Shown here: positions 10,251-22,861 of the stretch, in pieces
How the letters are laid out: every line of letters starts with the position of its first letter
Position numbering within the stretch: the first letter of the stretch is position 1
Source of the DNA: Octopus bimaculoides
Lineage: Eukaryota
Direction: 5' to 3'
Assembly: GCF_001194135.2 (NCBI RefSeq)
Contig: NC_068981.1
Coordinates: 156,426,101-156,490,100 of the forward strand
DNA length: 64,000 bases
The notes under the pieces: generated by a model
What the model was told of the DNA's origin: nothing
The model's input: only the letters and a program-made list of their open reading frames with translations
Databases searched by the model: none
Program-made: the position numbers and the translations under genes

Positions 10251-12433
10251 ACTTTTTTTTTTTTGCACAGATAAATGGTTCTTAATTTCAACTTTGTTGA
10301 TGGAGGCAAGTTCAATTTTATGTCATCTGTGCAGAAGACCTACACAGGTTTCCTATCAGTGTTCCTATTTCCCTAAATTAAAACCAAGATAGTGGGAAGA
10401 GAAGAATACTGAGTAGAAAGAAGTTTAAACAAGCTACAAATATCATGTTTCTGAGTAAAATATAAAACTTTACTTGCATTATCTTACCAAACTGTAAAAA
10501 ATTATTCTCTGATAGGTGACATCAGCACAAAAAAATCAGTTGGGTAAATATTAAAAAAAAAACTTACATGAAATACTTTTAATGTGAGGTGAACATAACT
10601 TTACTTAGACTAAATAATTCAAATTAATTTACAAAACACAGGAGACAGCTGTTGATATTTTCTATTCAAAGTACTTGCCAAAGTAGTGCTGTGAATTTTA
10701 GAAAATAATTGTGCTGAGATTATGCTCAGGTTGGCATATAAAATTACTATTGCTTAGAGAATAAATTACTTGTGATCATATTTAACTAAGTATTTGGTGC
10801 TCCTTACATTAAATTTGTTTCCTATACATAACAATAGCTACACTAAGAATTCCCTCATGTATCTCCATCTCAATCACATTAAATTTCTTAAATGCACTGG
10901 TCATACATTGACCCATCAAATTGCCTTTTAAAACCTGACCTCTACACTGAGTTATAAACCAGCCTGCTGCTAATCATCCTCAGGCAAAGTATAATTGTTT
11001 CACATTTTGGCATAATTTCAGTGGGAGGGAGTTAGTTGATTACATCAAGCTCAGTACTTGAAAGGTACTTTATTTTATCAACCCCAAAATGATAAAAGTT
11101 AAAGTTGACCTCAGTGGGATTTGAACCTAGAATGTAAAGAAGCAAAAGAAAAGCTGCTGAGAATTTTATCCTTTGTACTTATAAGTCCACCAGTTTGTCA
11201 TTTTCCTCTGGAAGGAGTATGATGCAATTCAAATATATTTCCTGGCAACAGAAAATACAGCTTCAAAATAATAAATAGTTCTACTACCGTTTTACCTTCT
11301 ATACAACCAAACACATTGTGTAGTGTCAAAATCCAGTCAACTAAATGTGATATAACTGTTATACTGAATTTTTAATTGTAGAGAAACATTTGATCTACAA
11401 CCTCTGAGTAATGTTAACTGGAATTATTCAGTAGACCAAGGGCAGGTAAATCGTAATAATTAAGAAATTTCCAGCTATAAAAATTTCTTATTCAACTATT
11501 GATAAATATACTGTATATTTGCAGAACCATCTAAGCTATTTTAAGGAATAAATAGAGCACAATTATTCTTTTATTTTATTTTATTCTATCAGTAAATGTT
11601 AGACAAAATACTTGTAGTATCTAATTACATTCTTCACATTTAGATTTCAAATCCTGCTGAGGCTAACTTTACTTTCTATTCTTCCAAGGAGTCATTCAAA
11701 TAGGAACCAGTTACAAAGTTCAAGGCCAATACAGCCAACTACACACTCCACACAAATAAAATCACTATTTTTGTAATATACAATTAATCATGTGCCAAGC
11801 ACAAGAAGAAAAACTATTTTTTTTCTAAACAAAATATACTTTTCTAGTATTAACCCCTCAGCCATGAATTAGGAATATTCTTTTACTGGTTTCAGACTTT
11901 GAACTGCTTTCATGCTAGAGGCAATGCTTTCAAAGTCTTTTAATCAATCATATTGATCCCAATACTAATATTAATCTGGTACTTATCATATAATTTTATA
12001 TTTATAAAATGGCTTAATTACCTTTTGATGTAATACAATGCAGTCTGATGTACAGATTTACACGAGGACATACACTCATGATGGACAACCACAAAGTTTC
12101 CATCAACCAAACTCTACTAACCAGGTAGTGGTCAAGTTGAGACTACAGTAGAAGAACTTGCACAATGTGCCATGCATTAGGATTGAAACTAGAACCATGG
12201 TTATGAAGTGATCTTAACTAATATTGCTGTGCCAGCACCTTTAGAAGATTTAATCACCATGGTTGATTAAGATCACTTGCATAATAATTGTATAGAGAAT
12301 ATAATACAGATAAATCAAAATGAATGACTAATGTCTTGTACATTAACCATTCAACACCAATTTTAGAAAAATATATTTATGATCAATGTGTTGTAATTAG
12401 GGTTTGGCAGACTAAAATTGTGCTGAAGCCCGC

Positions 12434-12445
12434 TGTGTGTGTGTG

Positions 12446-12486
<41 letters not shown>

Positions 12487-12498
12487 GTGCGTGTGTGC

Positions 12499-12586
<88 letters not shown>

Positions 12587-12600
12587 CACAGACACACAGA
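12434..12600. repeat. Compound (GT)n(GA)n(GACA)n microsatellite, one of dozens in the window
   Basis: Seen directly. Other long tracts: 5225-5330, 17281-17365, 20585-20690, 26530-26600, 46150-46230, 52820-52875, 54207-54270, 54475-54552, 55895-56000. Confidence 0.98.
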
Positions 12601-12823
12601 GAGTGTGTATCAACATTCATGTTTACCAGAATTTGAAGCTGCATTCCATTTTGTCAAGAAGCATAACTTAGCAATTTGATAAATAGTGACCAATAAAATA
12701 TGTACCAGACTGAAATAAGTACTGAGGATCATTATGGTAGTCTAATAAAACCTTGAAGGTGGTACCCCAAGATGAAGACAGTCCAATGATTGAAACCAGT
12801 GAAAGAATGCAATGTATACTTAC

Positions 12824-12972
12824 ATCTGATCTCCGGTCAGACTTCATGCTGGATTTGTTCCGAAGACTTGCAGGACGCAGCAGAAATAGTGCTGTAGCAA
12901 TAACAATCCATCCCAAAGTAATGAACATCATGTTACTAAAAGCACTATCAGGTCCCTCAGGTAAGCTTGGCA
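12824..12972 (-). CDS. SMIM14: SMIM14 (small integral membrane protein 14) coding exon 3, transmembrane segment
   Basis: tttgtttag|TG ... GAT|gtaagt; 149 nt encoding (M)PSLPEGPDSAFSNMMFITLGWIVIATALFLLRPASLRNKSSMKSDRRSD; matches the SMIM14 W.VIA..LFLLRP..LR motif. Confidence 0.93.
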
Positions 12973-14245
12973 CTAAACAAAGTAAGAAAATAAAAGTTAA
13001 CATTTTAAAATGGATAAGTTCATCATGACAGGAATTTCTGTATAAATTAGCATAATTTAAATCTATCATTTTCAGTTACTTTTATCTGATGATCCCAACT
13101 TGAAAACCCAGTCATGCATATTCATTACCACTGTAGCTGGTGTGCCATTAAAGTGTTTCATTACCACCAAATGCGTGTCATACAGAAAGTGTACCCCACC
13201 TCTTTCTCTCTCTCTTTACATCTCTTACACTCAGTATTAATTGAAAATACTATGATATTAATTAATGACAATGAACTTCCAAGTCAGTTTTGATGTATGA
13301 GTGTCTAATTGTTTGATTAACTGAACAATTTGCAGTACAGAATGACTGAGAATTTCAGGGACTCATATCCCAAATGCAATTCTCATAACCAGTATGACAC
13401 AAGTGTGTTAAACAAAGCTGGAACTTTGAACTACATATATAATCCATCCAACAGGCTTTTATATCCTTTCTTTCAACTCAGATTCATCCACAAGATTTAG
13501 GTCAACTCAAGGCTACCGTAAAAGACACTTGCTCAAAAGGCCATGCATTAAGATGCACAGTTGCAAAGTGAACTATACCACATAACCATATCTGGCACCA
13601 CTACTATTATATATTGTTGATACAGAATTGACCTTTAGCAGTCTCATCAAATTCAGAATAACACAAAAGGGAATTAGTAAAACAGTGCATTGCCAAACAG
13701 AAATAGTTATGACAAAAGTAGAGAACTAATAAAGTATTTAATTTATCTTTACTGTTTTCATACCTGTAAAAAACAAATGCAAATATTAGTTTTGGTAAAA
13801 AGGTTTTTCCATAAACTGCCACTAAAATATTTATATTGCTACATAAGTAATGACTTGTATGTAAATTATTATCAGGCATTCATGGAAAAAGAGTATAAAC
13901 ATCTGTTGAATCAAAAAAATAATTGAATTTGATGCAAATATCTAGGCCCAGGAAGCCTTGATTAAGCAGAGCTATGATCAAAGGCTAACCAGCTGTGACC
14001 AGCTTGTCTTTTAGGTAAATGCAAAACTATGAAGGTCATGAGTTATATCCTCTGATTGACAAACATTTTGTATCTTTATTGCTTAAGAAGTTACTTTTTT
14101 AAAGCTTTCTCATTATTGTTATTTATTTACATCTAAAGCAAGAGTATAGCTGTCTCTATCTACATTATTCATTTGTTTATTATTGTACAGCTGTTAGGAA
14201 AAATAAGGCGAAATTAATAAATGAGAGACAAATCGTCCTATAGAT

Positions 14246-14455
14246 CAGTGGTTCCCAACATTTTTGCACTCACGACCCCTTACCCAAAAGCTTGAAACCT
14301 GCGCAACCCCCTACTATAAGCAGCCCTTAATTTACATTTTAATTAATTAATATTATCCCAAGCCACTTCTAGCAAGGCTACGCGACCCTCCGCCCCCCCC
14401 CGGCAAGGCTTTGCAACCCCCCAGGGAGTCGGAAACCACCAGTTGGGAACCCCTG
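14246..14455. mobile_element. hAT-type MITE
   Basis: TIRs CAGTGGTTCCCAAC / GTTGGGAACCCCTG; 8-bp TSD CTATAGAT / CTGTAGAT (7/8). Confidence 0.85.
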
Positions 14456-14694
14456 CTGTAGATGGTGAGAAAAAATATAAATCTGGAGCAGAAAATAGTT
14501 TCATAGAATTTAGCTATATCATAGGTACACAGAGGTTAATGAGATCCAGCTAGGACTGCCAAATAGAGGAGTTGGATTATAGTATTTTTCAAAGATACAT
14601 AATATTTTTTTATTTTCAATTTAGACTACCAGCTACTTTAAAACTTTGTATTTTTAAAAATATAAGAATCCTATTAAATATCAAATTAAGTTTC

Positions 14695-15165
14695 TGTGGG
14701 AATGAGATGAGCCAGAAGGAAAGGGTTGTGGCGTCAACAGTCAAGGGGTCTGACTGGAATAGGAAGGGTTGTCCTCTTTCAGCTTGGGGTACTCACCGTG
14801 AACAGATGTCAGTGGAGCAAGCTAGCAAGATTGATAGTAGCAGCTGCTTACATTAGGTGCGATGGGTAAGGTGCATGTTTTGGACTTAGTACAGCTGGAT
14901 GGCCAACACACAGAAGGTAAGTGAACCATATCTTATTTCCTCGCATTACAGTTCCCTCATACAACAAGCACTCATGTATAAATATATTTCTCCATTGTTG
15001 TTGTTCCCCTTCCACAAGATGGCAGTGAAGATAAGAATCAGCAGCAATGCTGTCAGACCTTTCTATGACGAAGAAGGTGTAGTGGCCTGGATCCGTAAGA
15101 TCAAGGTAGTGGCCAGGCTACAAGGCATTGACAATGTAGCAGGTCTCATGGCCCTGTACCTGGAA
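14695..15165 (+). mobile_element. Gypsy-like 5' LTR (14695-15016) plus start of gag, truncated by a SINE
   Basis: Inverted termini TGTGGGAA...TTCCACA; TGG at 15020; reading MAVKIRISSNAVRPFYDEEGVVAWIRKIKVVARLQGIDNVAGLMALYLE resembles invertebrate Gypsy gag N-termini (from memory). Confidence 0.65.
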
Positions 15166-15317
15166 AGAGCGTGCACTGGGGTTGATCTGTTTGACTAAAT
15201 CCCTTCAAGGCAGTGCCCCAGCATGGCCATAGTCAAATGATTGAAACATGTAAAAGATAAAAAATATAACATAAAAATAAACAAATGACATATGACAACA
15301 AGAATTAATTCACTTAC

Positions 15318-15366
15318 TTTCTTGGAGGCATTGGTCATTTGTACAGTGTGCCTGAGATGTCCGTAA
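15318..15366 (-). CDS. SMIM14: SMIM14 coding exon 2
   Basis: aatttcag|TTA ... GAAA|gtaagt; 49 nt encoding LRTSQAHCTNDQCLQE+A (cf. LRQSQSYCTDTECLQE); phase 1 joins the next exon (A|TG). Confidence 0.93.
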
Positions 15367-17128
15367 CTGAAATTAAGGTAAATTGCAAAGGTGTTATGTA
15401 ATTTAAATATATATTTTTGCCAATAAAAATTTTTGTAAAAGAAATGTTTATTAAACTGAGGTGAAATGAAGTTTTGCAGATTGGTTAGTTTGTCAGTAAT
15501 AAACTGTGATTTAAACAAAGGCACTTACATGCCAATTAGCTATAGTTACAATAGAGTTAGTATATTTTATGCAGGGAGTGTCAAAAAAAAAAAAAAACTA
15601 CCTATTAATATTGTGTGATAGTTGTACCTTGAGCAAGTGCCTTCCACTATAGCTCTGGGCCAACCAAAAAATTGTGAATGAATATGGTGGACAGAAACTG
15701 AAAGAAGCCCAGCATGAATGTGTCTATACATATGTATATATACATAAATGTCGAACAACGAGAATGCATGCTCAACACCACACTGGTGGATAAAATTTTT
15801 TTATTTGTGTATTAAGGCTACCATTGGTTTCATGTTAAAAAAAATATCTTAATTTTTCAAGCCAATCACATGGAGGAATGGTGTTCGTCTCTATTTTGGA
15901 GTAGTTTTGTGTTTTCATCCAAAATGGAGATGAACACCATTCCTTCATGTGATCAGCTTTCTTAACATGAAACCAATGGTAGCCTTAATACACAAATAAG
16001 GATATATATATATATATGTATATATATATATGTATGTATATATATATGTANNNNNNNNNNNNNNNNNNNNNNNNNNNNNNNNNNNNNNNNNNNNNNNNNN
16101 NNNNNNNNNNNNNNNNNNNNNNNNNNNNNNNNNNNNNNNNNNNNNNNNNNATATATACATATATATACACACACATATATATATATATATATACACACAC
16201 GCGTATGTCTCCTTGTGTTGACATCACATGGTGATTGTAAGTGTCACTGTCACCCAAGTTGTGTCATTCCTTTCCAATATTCTGCAAGAGCATGCCTGAT
16301 CATGGGGGAATATTACCTTTCTTGGAAACAGGTGAGGAATGCCAACAGGAAGGGCATCCGCCTATAAAAAAAATCTGCCTAGAATAAATTCTGTCCAACA
16401 CATGCAAGCATGGAAAAATGGACATTAAATGATGACAATTGACTAATAGTATTTTATTTAGTTCAGCAAATATGGGAGACAACTTAGAACATGTTTTGAA
16501 ATTATTATGACCTCATCAGTGAAGCTTAGATTTCACCATACTTGCCAAAATAATAATGGGGTAATTATTAAATATACAAGAATGAATACTGCTTGAAGCA
16601 GGAAACTAGAAATGAGTCTGAATATATTTTCAATTAATTAATTTCTCATCATCATCTTAAACTGTAAATAGAAAACAAAGAGATACAGTTCATTATTGCT
16701 AACAGTTAGTGTATTGTATAACTGATGATTCTTTTAACAGTTAATGCTATGTTAAAATCCACTCATAGAAAAAACATCTGCATTAAAGAAACATTTTTTC
16801 TATAGAGCAGCTTTCAACAACTTAACGATCTTAAAAAGAAGGGATTAAATTATAAATTCCAGAAATGGTGGTAGATAAATGGAAAACACACACACATGCA
16901 CAGCTGAAGCCAATGAGGTAGCCTTTATATGGCTTCTTAACCTGCAAGAAATAACAGCAAAATTTCACTAAAGTCTTAATTTCAACATTCAATGAAAATG
17001 ATGGAATAAAAATGAAACGGTACATAAGAAAACAAAATGGCCATGGTTAGATTCTCAATGATCATAACTCTGCTCAATCATGGTTGACCTGCATCTAAAT
17101 AACAACAACAACAAAGCAAAATATATTA

Positions 17129-17257
<129 letters not shown>

Positions 17258-17299
17258 CTATTAAACAAAAAAAAATTAAATAAATAAATAAATAATAAC

Positions 17300-17362
<63 letters not shown>

Positions 17363-17370
17363 TATAATAG

Positions 17371-17880
17371 AGCAAAGACGTGGCATGAGCAAACCTCAGA
17401 AGGAGTCACCAAAAATGAGAACTGCAAAATCCTGTGGGATGTAATGATCTAGTGCGATCACCTGACCAGACAGGAAACCGGACATTGTTGTGGTGAATAA
17501 AAAAGAAAGAACATGTATGATAATTGACATAGCATGCTCCAATAACAACAGGATCAATGTGAAAGAAGAAGAAAAAATAAACAACTATGACAATTTAAAG
17601 TGGGAAATACGAAGGTTGTGGCCAATGAAGAGAGTAGGCATGATACCATTAGTAATTGGTGCGCTAGGAATTATCAGCACTCAACTGCCAACATGGCTGA
17701 AAAAAATTAGTATAAGTGTGAAGGTAGAACACCTACAAAAACCAGCATTACTCGGAACTGCAAGAATTCTTGCAGGGTTCTTGAAGCATGACCAGTAAAA
17801 CAAGCGTCACCTTAGTCTGCTGGCTGTGGACAACTGACATTTTCCATAAGACCCAGCAAAATAAGCAGCGAGTTTTCATA
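17371..17880 (+). mobile_element. R4/Dong non-LTR retrotransposon 3' end (restriction-like endonuclease)
   Basis: KILWD...DIVVVNKKERTCMIIDIAC..NNRINVKEEEKINNYDNL...IPLVIGALG...LQKPALLGTARIL (PD-x-D...K RLE motif); flanked by (TAA)n on both sides. Confidence 0.85.
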
Positions 17881-17894
17881 TAATAATAATAATA

Positions 17895-20175
17895 TGACCA
17901 GGCTAAATGATATGATATATACAGTAGCCTCTGTGGTCACAAAAGAAGCTGTGAACCCACTAAAACCCATCCAAACAAGAGCATCACCACCCAAACAAAT
18001 CCTGTGGATAAATAATATCCAGAAAAAGTAGAAAATAAGAGAAAGGATCTGTCAATCCTTAATGAAACTAGTAGACAATCAACACTACTAAGCAATGAGA
18101 AGAGAAGAAAAATACTACATAAATACAAAATTACAGTACAAGGTATACCTGAAATAAAAGAACAGGTAAAGCAAGATATCCTCACCAAAGCACAAAGAAT
18201 CTGCTGGTATGAGAAACACCAATGTTTCTGTGAACAAAACAAACAGTTCAACTCCAACCCCAAAAGATTCAACCAAGAACTTGGCAAAAATAAAATAGAG
18301 ATCAATGCAGCACCAACAGCAGAAGAAGTGGAAGAATTTTGGAAAGAAATGTGGTCGGCGAAGGAACAACCTCAGAAAAGATCTATCAAAACAACAAACA
18401 CAGCACCTGAACAACTCTGGACCCTTATAATGGTCATCCAGGCACTGCAAAAACTAAGCAACTGGAAGGCACCTGGACATGACAAGATCCCCAACTCTGG
18501 TTAAAATACCTAAGAGGAACATACAAAAAGCTGGCTGAGAAATTTAATGAAATACTAGCAGAGCCAGAGACAGTGCCTGAATGGCTCACAGAAGGGAAAA
18601 CTATCCTAATTCCCAAATCCACTGAAAAGGCAAACCCACAAAATTACAGATCAATAACTTGTCTCCTTACAATTCACAAAGCCTTTACTGCAATATCACA
18701 GAGAATGAGCAAACATCTGGAAGAAAACAATCTATTTCCAGAAGAGCAAAATGGATGCTGCAAGGGTTAATACGGCTGTAAAGATCAGCTAATGATCAAT
18801 AAAATCATAACTGAAGACAGCTGCAGAAAGAAGAAGGGTCTAAGTATGGTCTGGATCGATTACCGAAAGGCTTTTGATGGATTCTAGAAACACTAGCCAT
18901 GAACAAGGTAGCACCAATAATCATAAAATATATAAAACAATGCTACAGTGCTACAAAAGAAGGATTCATAAAAACCAAAGCCATCCCCATTAGAAGAAGA
19001 ATATTCCAGGAAGACATGCTCTCTCCACTCCTTTTCTACTTGGCAATGACACCTTTATCTGATATGCTAAACAGAACTGGATGTGGATACAACTGTTATG
19101 CTAAAACTGTACGCTATAAATGACAAACAGCTGGAAACATTACTACAGGCAGTACATAGATTTACCAAAGAAATAAACATGAAATTTGGCTTAGAAAAAT
19201 GTCCCAAAGCAACCTTGAAAAGATGAAAACTAGTTAAGAGTAGCAACATCACACTAGATGAAGCAAATGAAATATTAGAATTAGACCAAAGCCAGACATA
19301 CAAATACTTAGGAATCAATGAACTAGATATGATACAACACAAACAAATGAAAGAGAAGATAAGAAAAGAATACTATAGACAAGTTAGATTAATACTGAAA
19401 ACAGGGCTCAATGGGAAAAACAAGATATTAAGTATCAACACTCTAGCCATCTCAGTTATAAGTTACAGCTACAATAGTCTTAACTGGACTCTAAATAAGC
19501 TAATCAAAATAGACAGGAAAACAATTAAAATGGAGAAGAAACAATAAATCATATTGTCTCTGGCTGCCCAGTCCTGGCTAAGAAGGAATATATTCACAGA
19601 CACGACAGAGTTGGGACCTATATACACTGGAAGCTATGCTAACACTATGGAATAACAACAGAAAAAAGATGGTATAGGCACATGCCAGAAAAGGTCACAG
19701 AAAATGAGGATGCAACCATACTATAGGATATGTCAATACACATAAAGAAATTAAAGCCAATAGACTGGATATAGTTGTCAAAGATCACCAAGAAAAGAAA
19801 TGCTTACTAATCAATGTATCAATACCACAGATGACAATATTTCTCTAAAAGAAACAGAGAAACTTTCAAAATACAAAGATCTAGAAATAGGGGTAACTCA
19901 AATGAGAAGTCTAAAAACAGAAACAATTCCTATCATAGTAGTTGCATTAGGTATGATAAAAACATATTCAGACAAATACATAACAAAAACTCCAGGACTA
20001 ACAAGTATATATTACATACAAAAAATAGCACTACTAGGCACTGCACACATCCTACGTAAAACACTTTCAATACAGTAAAAATAAGAGCATCACAACAAAC
20101 AACAGCAAATACCACAGGCATACAGAAATGCGCTCAGTATTGAAATGGAAGCACGTGATAAAAATAAGACTACTG
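17895..20175 (+). mobile_element. 5'-truncated, internally deleted R4/Dong element (RT, CCHC knuckle, RLE), pseudogenised
   Basis: PGHDKIP, GKTILIPK..NYRSITCL, EEQNGCCKG, WIDYRKAFD, IFQEDMLSPLLF, FGLEKC, YKYLG, HIVSGCPVLAKKEYIHRHDRV, and KETEKLSKYKDL...LGTAHILRK, with frameshifts and stops. Confidence 0.9.
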
Positions 20176-20199
20176 AATAATAATAAAAACAATAATAAT

Positions 20200-20520
20200 A
20201 ATGGAAGAAAGAAAAGTCGATAGATATAACAGGTTAGCTTGGGAGGTTAAGCAGTTGTAGTCGATGAAAAAGGTGGTAGTAGTACCAATAATTGTTGGAG
20301 CCCTGGGAACAGTGAGTAAAAATCTTGAGAAGTACATGGAACAAATAGGGGCTGCAATAAGGATGGAGCACTTGCAGAAAACAGCACTGCTTGGAACCGC
20401 TTGAATACTCCGAAGGTGCTTGAAAAATAAGGGGTGTTACCTTAGTTCACTGGTAGTGAACAGCTGACACCACAGTACATCTCCAGCGTTAGAAGCTGTG
20501 CAAAGGCAATGGTAATAAAA
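20200..20520 (+). mobile_element. Third R4/Dong 3'-end fragment (different subfamily)
   Basis: KVVVVPIIVGALGTVSKNLEKYMEQIGAAIRMEHLQKTALLGTA, following another TAA-rich spacer. Confidence 0.8.
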
Positions 20521-20583
20521 GAAAGTGTTTATATTAGAGTTTTTAGGAATAGTGTGTATATAAGTGTATGCATGTATAGATAC

Positions 20584-20660
<77 letters not shown>

Positions 20661-20893
20661 TATATATATGTGTGTGTGTGTGTGTGCATGTGTGTATATA
20701 CACTCATACATACGCATACATATTTATATTGACTTATGCATGTGCATACATGCAAATATGTGTGTATGTATGTGTGAGCATGTGAATATGTGTTCATGTT
20801 TGTTTACATTTTTTAACTCGAAGAATTCTGTATGTTATTCTTGGAAAAGGAAATATTTTGAAAACAAATGAGTTCAATATTTGATTTCATATA

Positions 20894-21521
20894 CTGGGTC
20901 ATCCCATAAATAATGCAGTTTTTTTATACTTCTTTTATTTTTCAAAATTAAAAAAAAAAAACTTTGTTTATCTTAATCTAAAATATACTCTCCTTCATTT
21001 TCTACAAAGCTCTTCCATCTATCTGGTAGACTTGCAAGGTCCCTCTTCAAAAATTCACTTGTCTGTCATGAAAAATACTCTTGCAAATAAATTGTTGAAT
21101 GACCAGATCCAAGCTTCTCTGCTAGTTCCTCAACAGTAACAATGGGATTTTGTTCCAACAGGGTTTGTAGGACATCCTTGTTGAGTTCTACAGATCTTCC
21201 AGGATGAGGCTCGTCCCGGCTTGGAATTTCTGGAACCACCATTGACACTGGCTTATGCTTATTGTCCAATCCCCATATACTGCATTAACATTCCTTGCAC
21301 TTTCCATTGCGTTGTTGCCTTTATTGAACTCATAAAGCAAAATATACCAAATATGCTCCTTTGTCACTTCCATTATAGCTTTGAAAAAATAACTGTTAAA
21401 ATCAAACTGCATTCTTAAAAACTTACACTAAGAATAAGTACAAGGTAAAATTACTACCTGCTTTCATAGGTAGTTTTTTTCATGCAATTGAAAAAACTGC
21501 ATTATTTATGGGATAACCCAA
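20894..21521 (-). mobile_element. Internally deleted mariner element
   Basis: TIRs CTGGGTCATCCCATAAATAATGCAGTTTTTT / AAAAAACTGCATTATTTATGGGATAACCCAA flanked by TA; transposase N-terminus MEVTKEHIWYILLYEFNKG...QWWFQKFQAG...PGRSVEL...TVEELAEKLG; no DD34D domain. Confidence 0.92.
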
Positions 21522-21532
21522 TATATATTTAA

Positions 21533-21573
<41 letters not shown>

Positions 21574-22325
21574 ATAAACTAAATTCATTTTAAGACAAAA
21601 ATTTGCAATTTCATTTTGATTAAAAGAGCAGTGACTTCAGAACAAAACCTTTTATACCTGCATTTAACAACTCCAACTGTCACTCACTCCCACTCCATTT
21701 GTTGTCTTAGACCCTTTATACTGGCATTAGTGACGAGACACAAGGATGTCCATAAATTACCTTTACAACTTCCACACTTCCGAACTTCAAATTGTAAATG
21801 TTATTTATTTCCCACCCCACAACCTCTTGCCGAGGGGAAAAAAGTTCATAGTGAGCATGATGGAGGTTAGATCAGTTTAAAACACAAAAAAAAACTAACT
21901 TATTACCAATTTTATTAAGTAAAAATAGCAGTCAACATACAAACAAACTTTGCTTTTTATAAGTATATAGATTACACAGCAGTATAGATATTAAAAAACA
22001 AAAGGACAGTTGTCATATAGACATGACAGCATGCTAGCTGTAAATATTCTTTATAAAACATAGAATAATTGTTTTTCTATGTATGTAGCCATTTGTCAAT
22101 GTAACATCTGTTGCATTATATTTTGAGTTATAGACTAGAGAATAAATGTTTCAAGTAGAATACTGAACTTTTTTGTATAACAGATTTTTCAGAACAGAAT
22201 AAACTAAAATTCTGTTTAATTAGTATACTGTGAATATTATAATAAAAGGGTGTGGGAACACACATGTATTCAATAACATATGATTGGTGTTACACAAATT
22301 TGTGGCATTAATATAACTAATAAAA

Positions 22326-22640
22326 CCATCATCATCATCGTTTAACGTCCGCTTTCCATGCTAACATGGGTTGGACGATTTGACTGAGGACTGGTGAAAC
22401 CAGATGGCTACACCAGGCTCCAATCTGATTTGGCAGAGTTTCTACAGCTGAATGCCCTTCCTAACGCCAACCACCCCGAGAGTGTATTGGGTGCTTTTAC
22501 GTGCCACCGGCACAAAGGCCAGTCAGGCGGTACTGGCAACGGCCACGCTCAAAATGGTGTATTTTACGTGTCACCCACACAAGAGCCAGTCCAGCGGCAC
22601 TGACAACAATTTCGCTTGAAAGTCCTTACACATGCCACGG
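22326..22640 (-). mobile_element. Young RTE 3'UTR-derived retroposon copy
   Basis: Reverse complement of 95-345 and 45040-45385; CpGs retained. Confidence 0.88.
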
Positions 22641-22692
22641 GCACACAATTTATAAATCCAGAATTGCAGGTAGATTTGTACATTAGGGTTTA

Positions 22693-22861
22693 TCTGTTTT
22701 GCATTTAAACTGGCTGTATCAGGCCCCCCTCACAGCTATCCTACAGTGTCATTCTAAAAGTAAACCATCACATAATGAAAATCTTGAAGCTACAAGATAA
22801 TGCATGATTAATTCAAACAATGTAAATAATAAAGCATTACCTTTGACAGAGTGTTAAAGGG
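22693..22861. mobile_element. piggyBac-type MITE (left end decayed)
   Basis: Ends GTTAAAGGG|TTAA; internal similarity to 62201-62428. Confidence 0.65.

Noticed and set aside
12324-12679. ORFs of CVCV/ERER/HTHT/YIYI type here and throughout the window
   Set aside because: They are translations of dinucleotide microsatellites, with no coding signal.
12668-12823. Read-through extension of the SMIM14 exon (VSIHCILSLV...) in the 133-aa ORF
   Set aside because: It begins at a consensus GTAAGT donor and has no similarity to SMIM14, so it is treated as intron.
13084-13115. CTGATGA...GAAA hammerhead-like spacing
   Set aside because: Stem II and stem I cannot pair.
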